This document shows, one piece after another, positions 39,381-48,933 of a stretch of DNA of 64,000 nucleotides. Below the pieces are notes generated by a model. That model searched no databases, was not told the origin of the DNA, and worked only from the letters and a program-made list of their open reading frames with translations. A program made the translations under genes and the position numbers. Within the stretch, counting starts at the first letter, position 1; the number at the start of each line of letters is the position of its first letter. This DNA is from a virus. The stretch lies in IMG/VR virus record IMGVR_UViG_3300032251_000001, positions 71,789-135,788 of that record. The stretch is one strand, 5' to 3'.

Positions 39381-39659
39381 TTATGCTGCCATTATAGTGT
39401 ATTGATTGAAAGAGTTAGTATATCTTAAGATTCCTAAACCTTTCATAATCATATTTAATGCTCTTATTGCTTGTTGAATAATGATTATATTGGCTGCAAT
39501 ATATTCATTATCTGAATATACTGCTAGTAGGTCTTCATAATCTTTTAACTCGGAACATAGATTATTTCTTGATGTAATCCAGTCAGAGTTAGTTCTTTTA
39601 GGTACATTATTTTTATTAGCTTCTTTTCTTTCCAATCTTACTTCTTCTAAAATCGTCAT
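39381..39659 (-). CDS. hypothetical protein with conserved upstream cassette
   Basis: ggaggtatattATG; 44-bp repeat and TATATTAT upstream. Confidence 0.75.
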   Translation of the reverse strand: MTILEEVRLERKEANKNNVPKRTNSDWITSRNNLCSELKDYEDLLAVYSDNEYIAANIIIIQQAIRALNMIMKGLGILRYTNSFNQYTIMAA

Positions 39660-39701
39660 AATATACCTCCATTAGTATATATGTTATATAATATATTTCT
39701 C

Positions 39702-39745
39702 TATCGTAGCTTGGTCACATTGATATAACGCTTGCAAGTCAGAGT
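39702..39745 (-). repeat. 44-bp dispersed repeat, copy 2
   Basis: tatcgtagcttggtcacattgatataacgcttgcaagtcagagt; one mismatch against 33859-33902. Confidence 0.85.
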
Positions 39746-40315
39746 GAATTACTCTATATTATAAATGAGTCTAGACATAATTTATTTATATCTAGGATAA
39801 TAACTATAAGTTCTTAAATTAGTATTATCAAGAATATGATATATACCCATAATATCAATAAATACGTTTTTTAAGAGTATAACCAATTAAGGTTATACTC
39901 TCTAGGAACATACAAAATAACAAAAAAATACTTTCAAAGAGAAAGATTTTTCTTATTATACAATGAAGTATAATATGAATAATATTAATGAAAATAATAT
40001 TCATTATTATTATATATGCTTGAAAGTTGAGTTAAATTTTGCGATTTAAAAAGCCATATACCTATGAGAGCTATCAAGGTATATGGCTGTTTAAATAATA
40101 ATGACAAACAAAGTAAGGACTAACATGACATATATAATAAAACGAAGACAAGAGCATCTTATCGTTATTAACGAACTAATGAGTGGTATTTTACTACCAC
40201 TCACTTTACATATAAAAAGAAGACTTAAAATGTATATAGATGTAAACATTTAAACTTAAGATTTAATTCAACTATATTAAATAATTGTTATACTATTAAT
40301 TTTAACTTCTTAAAA

Positions 40316-41140
40316 TTAGTATTTAATGTTTTTCTTAAATTTAATACCACTGTGACTATATTTATAGTAATTTAACTTTGAGCTACAATTATTACAAGGG
40401 AAAGCTTTTTTATTATCTATATTTGCGTAGTTTCTAAAACCCACAGCTTTACTAGAATTGAATATATGGTCTAGATTATTATCTTTCACATTACCTAGTA
40501 TAAAAACTTGGTGTAATTGATTATCTGTGTGAATCTGACAACATGGTGACACATTACCATTCAAATCAATACCTATATATTCTATAGGTTTAGTACAGTT
40601 ATTAGAATTTATATCACTATAGTCATCTGTGGATTTATCATTTTTAACTTCAAGTAATTCATTTTTAGTAAAATCTACAATATAAATTATTTGCATATTA
40701 TTTAATTTTCCTTCAATATAAGTATCATAAACTTGTACTATGTCAACACCTAATTCATACAATATATTATAACATTTTTCTCTACCCATGCAATCATAGT
40801 CTTTAATTACAAGTTTATCTAAGTTTAAGTCTTTTAAAGCATCCTTAGATAAATAATCTCCATTAGTAGAAGCTACTAAGGTAGCATTAGGTAATCTATC
40901 TTTAATAATATTTACTTTTCTTTTTAGTTCTTCAGTGTATAATAATACTTCATTATTTCTTGAAAAAGATATCATTTCAGAATATTTAACTTGTTCTAAG
41001 TCCTTAATTATCTTAAGATAAACTTCATCAGACATAACTTCATCAGTATTATATTTATCAAATCTTTTACAACAGAACGAACAACTTCTATTACACTTTC
41101 CATGAATTTCAAGTTCTATCAATTTAACACTATTTAACAT
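40316..41140 (-). CDS. radical SAM protein with SPASM/twitch domain
   Basis: CNRSCSFC, NEVLL; C...IDLNGNVSPCC...GN...CNNC. Confidence 0.88.
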   Translation of the reverse strand: MLNSVKLIELEIHGKCNRSCSFCCKRFDKYNTDEVMSDEVYLKIIKDLEQVKYSEMISFSRNNEVLLYTEELKRKVNIIKDRLPNATLVASTNGDYLSKDALKDLNLDKLVIKDYDCMGREKCYNILYELGVDIVQVYDTYIEGKLNNMQIIYIVDFTKNELLEVKNDKSTDDYSDINSNNCTKPIEYIGIDLNGNVSPCCQIHTDNQLHQVFILGNVKDNNLDHIFNSSKAVGFRNYANIDNKKAFPCNNCSSKLNYYKYSHSGIKFKKNIKY

Positions 41141-41349
41141 AAAATCATCTCCTATCTATTTATTTATTTTTAATATTATTAGTTATAGTAACATATTAAT
41201 TTAATATTATGTTACACCTTTTTTTATTAAGATAAAAACCGTATCTAATGACATTTCAAGTGTATATTATATTTTTGATAATAATAATTAAAGACCATAT
41301 ACATAATAGTTTGTATATGTAAACTAAAACAAATCCTAGGAGGATTATT

Positions 41350-42744
41350 ATGAAAAAGAGAAATTTATTACTAAACTTAACACTTGTAGTTTTATTAATG
41401 AGCATTTTATGTGTTCCAGCATTTGCATCTGAGGACGAATTGAATGTAGAACTTAATGGAGAACAAATTGAATTTGGTGAAACTGAACCTACAATTATTG
41501 ATGGTAGAACAGTATTACCTGCAAGAACAATCTTAGAAGCTTTAGGATTAGAAATTGGTTGGGATGCTAAAACCAAAACTGTAACTGGCACAAGAAAAGG
41601 ATTAGATATAGTACTTCAAATAAACTCAACTAAAGCTTGGGTTAACAATGTTGCACAAACATTAGACGTACCTGCAACAATTATTGATGGTAGAACTTAT
41701 TTACCAGTAAGATTTATTGCAGAATCAACTGGATGTACTGTTGGTTGGGATGCTGAAACTAAAACAGTTTCTATCACTAGTGAAGAAGCAGGATTCTACA
41801 CTGAAGAAGTAATGATTCAAAATACTAATGAAGGTTTATATTTAAAAGAAGATTTTAAATTTTATGAAAATGATTACACATCAGAAAACCTTTCTAAATT
41901 AATTGAAGCTACACCAGCTAGTGAAGAAGTTACTGAACTTAGAGCTAACAATGATAACAAATATCGTGATGGTTTAAATGTAATGAACTTTAAATACTTT
42001 GACCTTTATTATCCTAAAACTGAAGACGGTCAAGCAGCAGCTGAATCAATTGCTAAACATGCTGATAAAGCTTATATGTTCCTTACTGATATGTTTGATG
42101 GACAACAAGTACATGTTGAAGTTCACTTAATTCGTGAAGAAGATATGGGTGGTATTGATGAAGGTATTGCAAGAAAAGAAAACAAAGTTACTTTCGTATA
42201 TATTAATCCTGAGAAAATGGAAAAATACGAAGAAATGTTAATTCCATCTTTAGTACATGAAATGTTCCACAACTTCTTCTCAATTAACAATAATGTTTGG
42301 AATTTCGAAACAGAATTAAGAACGTTTACTGAAGAAGGTATTGCAAGAATAATTGGTGGTATCTATGTAGATTCTATTGCTAGAGAAACTAATGATTATA
42401 ACACTTACAACAACTTTATGGTAGGTACTTATCACTTTGATGTATCTTCTTTAAGAAAATTAACAAATGAATTAGATTACAATCCAACAGTTGAAGACGC
42501 TACTGATTCTGTTCTTACAAATCAATGGTGGACACCAACTAAAGAAGCTTTAGTTGATAGAAATATGGTTATATTATATTGGGCAAACTTATACAATACT
42601 AAAGGTATTGAAAGCTTTAAAACTATCTTAAACACTATGGGTAGTGATGCTGATAACAATATTAAATTAACAATTGAAAATGCTATCAATGATACATTAG
42701 AAAACTCATATGATGAGTTTGAAGCTTTAATCTTAAATGATTAG
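41350..42744 (+). CDS. secreted protein: signal peptide + copper-amine-oxidase N-terminal (stalk) domain + HExxH metallopeptidase-like domain
   Basis: MKKR...PAFA signal; two IIDGRTxLPxR repeats; VHEMFH...EEGIA. Confidence 0.8.
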   Translation: MKKRNLLLNLTLVVLLMSILCVPAFASEDELNVELNGEQIEFGETEPTIIDGRTVLPARTILEALGLEIGWDAKTKTVTGTRKGLDIVLQINSTKAWVNNVAQTLDVPATIIDGRTYLPVRFIAESTGCTVGWDAETKTVSITSEEAGFYTEEVMIQNTNEGLYLKEDFKFYENDYTSENLSKLIEATPASEEVTELRANNDNKYRDGLNVMNFKYFDLYYPKTEDGQAAAESIAKHADKAYMFLTDMFDGQQVHVEVHLIREEDMGGIDEGIARKENKVTFVYINPEKMEKYEEMLIPSLVHEMFHNFFSINNNVWNFETELRTFTEEGIARIIGGIYVDSIARETNDYNTYNNFMVGTYHFDVSSLRKLTNELDYNPTVEDATDSVLTNQWWTPTKEALVDRNMVILYWANLYNTKGIESFKTILNTMGSDADNNIKLTIENAINDTLENSYDEFEALILND

Positions 42745-42751
42745 TATTAAA

Positions 42752-42792
42752 AAGAGAATAGACTATAATAGTCTATTCTCTTATTTTTTTTT
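42752..42792. terminator. bidirectional terminator
   Basis: aagagaatagacta/tagtctattctctt stem with A and T tracts. Confidence 0.75.
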
Positions 42793-43705
42793 AGTTCTTT
42801 ACACCAATAGCCTCTTCTCTACTTTTTTTGTTTGCATTATAAGATGCATCTGTACCTTTAGTAAAATCTTGGAATTCACCTTCGAAATAAGTAGGTTTAA
42901 ATATCTTCCCACCATCAGTTCCAAAGTATCTGTACTCTTCATCAGTTTTAAGTGCTTCTTCTTTTTTTCTAGTAGAATAAGCTTCAACATCAGTAATAGG
43001 TTCACTGTATTCATTAATTTCAACTCTATTTAAATGACTAAATTCTTCTTCAAGTTGTTTAATAACTTCATAATATCTTTTAATATAATATGGTGTAGAT
43101 GGAGTATCACCTTTTAGAGCTTGTATGGTGAATGTTCTAACTCCGATACTTCTTAAGAACTTAACATTATTATAGAACTTATCAACATCAGTAATAACTA
43201 ATCTAATTACTGCAAATGGGAAGTACTTTAATAAGAATTTAACATTCTTAATAACTATATCATAAGAACCTCTACCATTATGGAATACTCTACAAGCATC
43301 ATGTGCTTCTTGGTCTCCATCTATACTAACATGAATGCTTAAAAAATCATGGAATTTAAATAATTCTTTAACTTTTCTTTCATTAAGAAGTGTTCCATTT
43401 GTAATGGTATTAAACATAATGTTTCTTCCTTTTAAGAAATATTCATTATAAGCATATTCAGTTATAGCATAAAATACTTCGTAATTTAAAAGAGGTTCTC
43501 CTCCAAATAACATTATTCTAGCAGTTACTTCGTTATCAACCATTTCCATTATTTCATCCACTATATTTTTAGCAGTCTCAAAATCTATTTTTTTTCTAGA
43601 TTTACCATCTTCATAGCAATATGTGCAATTAAGATTACAATATTCACACAGATATATCACATGTAGATGGTCATTACATTTTACAAACTCATTACTTTCG
43701 CTCAT
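42791..43705 (-). CDS. radical SAM protein without a SPASM domain
   Basis: CNLNCTYC, LFGGEPLL, TNGTLL, SIDG...HDACR; no C-terminal Cys cluster. Confidence 0.9.
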   Translation of the reverse strand: MSESNEFVKCNDHLHVIYLCEYCNLNCTYCYEDGKSRKKIDFETAKNIVDEIMEMVDNEVTARIMLFGGEPLLNYEVFYAITEYAYNEYFLKGRNIMFNTITNGTLLNERKVKELFKFHDFLSIHVSIDGDQEAHDACRVFHNGRGSYDIVIKNVKFLLKYFPFAVIRLVITDVDKFYNNVKFLRSIGVRTFTIQALKGDTPSTPYYIKRYYEVIKQLEEEFSHLNRVEINEYSEPITDVEAYSTRKKEEALKTDEEYRYFGTDGGKIFKPTYFEGEFQDFTKGTDASYNANKKSREEAIGVKN

Positions 43706-44564
43706 AATTTTCCCCCATATTTGTCCAAACTTTATTAGTTTGAATTATCATAGAATAATACATTTTTAAATCTGCACTAATTCTATCATCATCCAAAGAT
43801 GTTGCTTCTTCATAAACATCAACAATACTTGAATTATTGATATCGTTACCTTTTAATCGTGTCTGTATAGATATTGATTTTTGTTTTTCCATCATTGGGA
43901 ATAATTTTAAAGGTCTTTCTTGATTTAAAATGTATTCACAAATTTGTTTATGATGTTCTATAAATAATTTTACAAATCTATCATCAATATCAGTTTTATT
44001 AACTCCAATGTTTATTAAGTTAAATCCTAGGTTATATAATGATTTAATTCCACTGAACAACGAACCTATATTTAATTTATGAACAGTCATAGTTACTATA
44101 GGTTCAACTTTTAACTCTTTTAAAAATTTTTTAGAGTTCTCAGCAACTATACTGTATGTTCCTTTTCTTGTAGATTTAAAATGTCTACAACTATCATGCA
44201 TTATTTTGTTACCATCTATAGATATTCCTATTTCAAAAACTTTCTTAGAGTTTATAAAATCAACTATATCTTTTGAATATATAGTTCCATTAGTTGTAGC
44301 TATATATCTTGTAATTCTAAAATCAGAATATTTAGTTTCAATGTAGTTACATGCAAACTTAATTCCATCCATATTAAGAAATGTTTCTCCACCAATGAAT
44401 TCAAACTCAATATCATCTTTATTACTTGCATTAGAGAATATAAAATCAATATTCTTTTCAAGTTCAGAATTGGATAAGTTCTTAGAAGACTTATCCAATT
44501 CATAACAATATGAGCAATCAAGATTACATACTTTAGTTATATATAAAGTATATCTTTTTCTCAT
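43692..44564 (-). CDS. radical SAM protein without a SPASM domain
   Basis: CNLDCSYC, FIGGETF, TNGT, SIDG...HDSCR. Confidence 0.9.
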   Translation of the reverse strand: MRKRYTLYITKVCNLDCSYCYELDKSSKNLSNSELEKNIDFIFSNASNKDDIEFEFIGGETFLNMDGIKFACNYIETKYSDFRITRYIATTNGTIYSKDIVDFINSKKVFEIGISIDGNKIMHDSCRHFKSTRKGTYSIVAENSKKFLKELKVEPIVTMTVHKLNIGSLFSGIKSLYNLGFNLINIGVNKTDIDDRFVKLFIEHHKQICEYILNQERPLKLFPMMEKQKSISIQTRLKGNDINNSSIVDVYEEATSLDDDRISADLKMYYSMIIQTNKVWTNMGENYERK

Positions 44565-44566
44565 AA

Positions 44567-45706
44567 TTAACCTCCATATGATGCAGGGTCTATTGTTTTC
44601 TCCCAGTTAGGATTACCTTTAAGTTTTGCTTCAAGTTCTCTTGCAACTTTATAATTTATCTTATGAAGTTTACAAACATTTGAAATACATTTGAACTTAG
44701 TACCACTATCTTCCCACATTGAAGCTACACATTGACCTAAGCAATTGTAATCTTTAAATGTATCACATGTAGAACAACCATTAAAATTTTTAGCTGAATA
44801 ATTTTGGAAGAAAATACTCCATGAAGATTTAATATATAAACCTTTTTCTAAATCACCCATTTTGAATGGACTTCTATTGTTATAGAATCTTTGACATGGA
44901 TATATATCACCATCAGGTGAAATTCCCCATTGTCTTACTCCAGCACCACAGAATGTTCTAGATTGATAAGTAAAGTCTAATAATGGAATAGCAAATAAGT
45001 CACACCATAAGCCTAAATCTATGTTGTCAGCATACCAATTTGCTAACTCTCTAATAACTTCTTCATACTTAATAACATCTTCATCAGTCCATATAGCTTC
45101 TCTAACTAAAGCCATATCAATTTTAGTTACACCTATACTTAATAGATACTTTACATTTTTCATAACAAAATGTAAATTAGATGGAGCTATCATTGACTTT
45201 GTAGATATATGGGTTCTATCAACACCATATACTTCACAATATTTACGAATACCTTCATTTACTTCTTCAAAACTTCCAGAACCATCATGATGTATTCTAC
45301 CAAAATCATGTGCTTCCTTACAACCATCCATTGAGAAGTTATAATGAATACAACCTAAAGGTCTTGTAAAGTTAAGTATATCATAATCAAGTAATACTGA
45401 ATTAGTAAAAATAATTGCTCTCACTCTTCTAGGATACTTTTTTTCTAACTCAACTACTGCTTCTATCATTAATTTTAAATCACCATTCTTCCAAAGAAGT
45501 AATGGTTCTCCACCAAATAAATCTATATTAACATTAAAATTATCAAGTATTTTAAGTTCAGCTTGTTTAATAAGTAATCTAAACGTTTCAATACTCATCA
45601 TTTTAGGGTTATCTTTAACATAACAATATTTACATGCAAGATTACATTGTTCAGTTAATATTGGTGTAAATCTAAATATTTGTCTCTTATTGCCATTGTC
45701 ATTCAT
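44567..45706 (-). CDS. radical SAM/SPASM peptide maturase (anSME/ranthipeptide-type)
   Basis: CNLACKYC, LFGGEPLL; CGAG...PDGDIYPCQRF...CSTC...CLGQC...C. Confidence 0.92.
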   Translation of the reverse strand: MNDNGNKRQIFRFTPILTEQCNLACKYCYVKDNPKMMSIETFRLLIKQAELKILDNFNVNIDLFGGEPLLLWKNGDLKLMIEAVVELEKKYPRRVRAIIFTNSVLLDYDILNFTRPLGCIHYNFSMDGCKEAHDFGRIHHDGSGSFEEVNEGIRKYCEVYGVDRTHISTKSMIAPSNLHFVMKNVKYLLSIGVTKIDMALVREAIWTDEDVIKYEEVIRELANWYADNIDLGLWCDLFAIPLLDFTYQSRTFCGAGVRQWGISPDGDIYPCQRFYNNRSPFKMGDLEKGLYIKSSWSIFFQNYSAKNFNGCSTCDTFKDYNCLGQCVASMWEDSGTKFKCISNVCKLHKINYKVARELEAKLKGNPNWEKTIDPASYGG

Positions 45707-45724
45707 AATGTACCTCCAAGTCCA

Positions 45725-46786
45725 TTAATCTTTATCGTCTTCTCTTAAATAGAGAATAATATCTTCATGAGTTCTACATATTGCATCATTGTTAACATAT
45801 TCATTGTTCTTCATAAATGCTGAGAAATCACCTTTACATTGATATCTATGTCCACAATCTGCACATTTTATATTAGAATAGAATTCTAATCCCTTATCGA
45901 AATCTACACCTGTATGTATATTTCCTATTGGGTCATTGTTAAAGAACTTACTTCTAGTTGAAATGTGTACATCTCCACCTTTAAAGTAAGCAAATTGATG
46001 CAATCTGCCAGTTCTTTGTATCTTATCTACAGCCCAACCTTTAGTTGGTCTTTCAATAATTATACCTAAATTTCTCATTATATCAATTGAATTTCTAATC
46101 TTACTAGTGTAGTCTTTACTGTCAACTCTTGAAAGAACATTATAGTCTTGATATTCGAATAATGGTATAATTTTATTAGCAATACCTAAATCTGTGAAGT
46201 GCTTAAGTTCTTTAATGATACCTGTGTAATGCTCTTCAGGTTTCAAAGTTATTAAATATCCAAATACTTTAGGATAATTTTCACTCATCTTTATATATTT
46301 TTTAACATTTTCAAAACGTTGTTCGAATAATGGAGATTCCATCTTTGGTAAAGAAAGATTTAATTTGAAATTGTAATTGTTAAATAAATCTTCAGTATTT
46401 TCAAGCATATTTACTGCATTTGAAATCATTAATGAACTATAATATTTAAATCTTCTTTTCACTTCTTTCATAATATACATTACTAAGTCTATATTCATAC
46501 TAGGTTCTCCACCTGTAAGTATTAAATATGGTCCATAACCTTTATATTCTTTTTCTAAAAAATCAAAAAGAGCATCAACATCTTTTTCTTCCATGTCATC
46601 AGTCATCATATTAGTTTTATCTTTGTGCCAACAAAAACTGCATGTCTCATTACATCTGTCAGTTAATTGCATTATAACAGGTATTGGTGTCACAGAATTA
46701 TAGGTAGGGCAAGATGCCCTATCTATATTACATTCCTGTGAGTATCCACCGAGACTGCATGTATAACATTTACCTTCGTTATTCAT
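45725..46786 (-). CDS. radical SAM protein with an N-terminal Cys cluster and partial SPASM
   Basis: CYTC...C...C at the N-terminus; CNETCSFC, LTGGEP; CADC...C...C at the C-terminus. Confidence 0.85.
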   Translation of the reverse strand: MNNEGKCYTCSLGGYSQECNIDRASCPTYNSVTPIPVIMQLTDRCNETCSFCWHKDKTNMMTDDMEEKDVDALFDFLEKEYKGYGPYLILTGGEPSMNIDLVMYIMKEVKRRFKYYSSLMISNAVNMLENTEDLFNNYNFKLNLSLPKMESPLFEQRFENVKKYIKMSENYPKVFGYLITLKPEEHYTGIIKELKHFTDLGIANKIIPLFEYQDYNVLSRVDSKDYTSKIRNSIDIMRNLGIIIERPTKGWAVDKIQRTGRLHQFAYFKGGDVHISTRSKFFNNDPIGNIHTGVDFDKGLEFYSNIKCADCGHRYQCKGDFSAFMKNNEYVNNDAICRTHEDIILYLREDDKD

Positions 46787-46813
46787 ATAGTACCCAACTT
46801 TCTTTCGTTATTC

Positions 46814-47392
46814 TTACCATTCGTCTGCGAAACCTTCACATGTAGGAACTCCATCATTATTATGACAATCACAGTAACATCTTGCATCACAAGCACATCT
46901 TGAATCACAAGTACAAGCGTAGTTACAGTCACAAGTACAAACATTATGACAATCACAAGAACATCTAGCATCACAAGTACAAGCATAATCACAGTTACAA
47001 GAACATCTACCATTACAAGAACATCTAGCATCACAAGTACAAGCATAATCACAGTTACAAGTACAAGCATAATTACAGTTACATGAACATCTTGCATTAC
47101 AAGTACAATAATTAGTAATTTCAGTTGATAAAGATTTAAGTAGTTCAAGAATACTCACTCTTATAGGTTGACCTACAACAAAAGACGTTAATGAATTAAC
47201 ATCAGCTTCAGCACCAGACTCATCATTAGCTTCAATTACTCTATCTTTAAGATATTGAATGTCTGAAGCCTTTATTACTCCTGTAAATGTTTTTGATACA
47301 GTTCCTAATCCCCACTTCGTTCTAGCAGCATTAATCATAGATAAAGTTGATGCTGCATCAGACGATACTATTATAGTGTTTATCGAGGGCAT
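46814..47392 (-). CDS. Cys-repeat precursor-like protein 2 (95-aa N-domain + 97-aa core, 31 Cys)
   Basis: CxC(N/D)xR and CxCxCxYA repeats; C-terminus GFADEW; paralog of 47428..48036. Confidence 0.88.
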   Translation of the reverse strand: MPSINTIIVSSDAASTLSMINAARTKWGLGTVSKTFTGVIKASDIQYLKDRVIEANDESGAEADVNSLTSFVVGQPIRVSILELLKSLSTEITNYCTCNARCSCNCNYACTCNCDYACTCDARCSCNGRCSCNCDYACTCDARCSCDCHNVCTCDCNYACTCDSRCACDARCYCDCHNNDGVPTCEGFADEW

Positions 47393-47427
47393 TTCTTATA
47401 CCTACCTTCCTTATTTACATATGTTTT

Positions 47428-48036
47428 TTACCATTCATCTGCAAAACCACCACATCCAACATTACCATCATTATTATGACAGTCACAGTAACATCTAGAA
47501 TTACAAGCACATCTACCATTACAAGTACATGAATAGTTACAGTTACAAGTACAAGCATAGTTACAGTCACATGAACATCTTGCATTACAAGTACATGAAT
47601 AGTTACAGTTACAAGTACATGAATAGTTACAGTTACAAGTACAAGCATAGTTACAGTCACATGAACATCTACCATTACAAGTACAAGCATAGTTACAGTT
47701 ACAAGTACATGAATAATTACAATCACATGAACATCTTGCATTACAAGCACAATGATTAGTAATTGCAGTTGCTAAAGCTTTAAGTAATTCAATAATACTT
47801 GCTCTTATAGGTTGACCTACATCAAATCCTGTCACAGTCTCCATGTTTTGACCAGCTCCAGCTTGAGTGTTAGCTTCACTTACTCTATCTTTAAGATATT
47901 GAATGTCTGCTGATTGGATAGTTCCTGTAAATGTTTTTGATACAGTTCCTAATCCCCACTTCGTTCTAGCAGCATTAATCATAGATAAGGCTGATGATGA
48001 GTCAGATGATATTATTATAGCGTTTACTACTGGCAT
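47428..48036 (-). CDS. Cys-repeat precursor-like protein 1 (95-aa N-domain + 107-aa core, 35 Cys)
   Basis: Five CxCNxR and seven CxC(D/N)CNY(A/S) units; C-terminus GFADEW; AACA-N6-TA upstream at 48176-48187. Confidence 0.88.
   Translation of the reverse strand: MPVVNAIIISSDSSSALSMINAARTKWGLGTVSKTFTGTIQSADIQYLKDRVSEANTQAGAGQNMETVTGFDVGQPIRASIIELLKALATAITNHCACNARCSCDCNYSCTCNCNYACTCNGRCSCDCNYACTCNCNYSCTCNCNYSCTCNARCSCDCNYACTCNCNYSCTCNGRCACNSRCYCDCHNNDGNVGCGGFADEW
47521..47634. repeat. exact 24-nt coding repeats within precursor 1
   Basis: acaagtacatgaatagttacagtt at 47521, 47587 and 47611. Confidence 0.85.
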
Positions 48037-48175
48037 TTATTATACCTACCTTTCTTTTAAATAATTTTGATAATGATTTAAAGGAATTTTCATTATCTAC
48101 ATTTTTTCTATAGGTATGTATATACATACAATATAGCTTCCTTTAAATAAGATAATATTGCATATAATACCTTAT

Positions 48176-48187
48176 TAATAAAATGTT
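48176..48187 (-). promoter_or_regulatory. AR9-like late promoter motif AACA-N6-TA (representative)
   Basis: Same motif upstream of operon heads at +3602, +23664, +24507, +27369, +34029, +37637 and -41213, -52724, -54519, -63583. Confidence 0.6.
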
Positions 48188-48232
48188 TTAAGAATATATC
48201 TTAAATACATGTATTGATATACTAAAGTTTAA

Positions 48233-48547
48233 TTAGTATATATCAAATACTAATGTTAACAATTCCCTATCTCCTTTGTCATCATATTGTAATAGGAGAA
48301 AATTTGTATATGTTTTTGTACGTTTTCCAAAAGTTATAGTTAAACTTAGTATTTCTTCTTCACGTTTACACATAAGTTTATTTAATATTATTAAACCATT
48401 ATCTTTTATACTTGCATTTGTAATGTGCAATCTTTTGTATAAATGTTCACGTACAACTTCAAAGGATAGTTTATTATCAGTATCTTCATAAATTTGATGT
48501 ATCACACCTGATTTATATTCTAAATCATATTTAACCAAATATATCAC
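48233..48547 (-). CDS. small hypothetical protein in the rSAM cluster
   Basis: 104 aa between the SPASM gene block and the precursors. Confidence 0.65.
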   Translation of the reverse strand: MIYLVKYDLEYKSGVIHQIYEDTDNKLSFEVVREHLYKRLHITNASIKDNGLIILNKLMCKREEEILSLTITFGKRTKTYTNFLLLQYDDKGDRELLTLVFDIY

Positions 48548-48598
48548 TTCCTTTATAATTAGTCTAGGGTCAATAATTCAACCCTAGACTAATATTAA

Positions 48599-48931
48599 TT
48601 ATGACACTTTACAAGTTATTTTTTCAATTGTTTGCCCTGTATCATTGTCTGTTCCTAAATAATATTGCATATCATAAATAGTTCCTTCTTTAATGTTTTT
48701 CCCATCAAGTAAGAATTTAAACTTAACAGTTTCAGAAGATAATGTTAATTTAGTATCTATTAAATCTTCAATATTTAATTCAAATTCAGGATTTCTGATT
48801 TCAAGAATTTTAACTATTTCATCAGCTCCTTCTGGATGAGTGTGTATATATGTTGATTTGATAGCTGTATCTTTCTCATTAAATTCTATCTCTTTAGTTA
48901 CTTCATCATAACTAAATATAATTCTCATCAT
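48599..48931 (-). CDS. small acidic hypothetical protein in the rSAM cluster
   Basis: 110 aa directly after the 48934 rSAM. Confidence 0.7.
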   Translation of the reverse strand: MMRIIFSYDEVTKEIEFNEKDTAIKSTYIHTHPEGADEIVKILEIRNPEFELNIEDLIDTKLTLSSETVKFKFLLDGKNIKEGTIYDMQYYLGTDNDTGQTIEKITCKVS

Positions 48932-48933
48932 AA

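Noticed and set aside
46783-47759. ORF-track calls 46783..47148, 47259..47498, 47415..47750 and 47529..47759 (VLVT- and YSYKY-rich)
   Set aside because: They are alternative-frame or antisense shadows of the Cys-repeat genes, without SD sites.
47428-47760. CRISPR-like appearance of the 24-nt repeats
   Set aside because: The repeats are adjacent or codon-phased with no unique spacers, lie inside an ORF and encode CTCNCNYS units; no cas genes are present.
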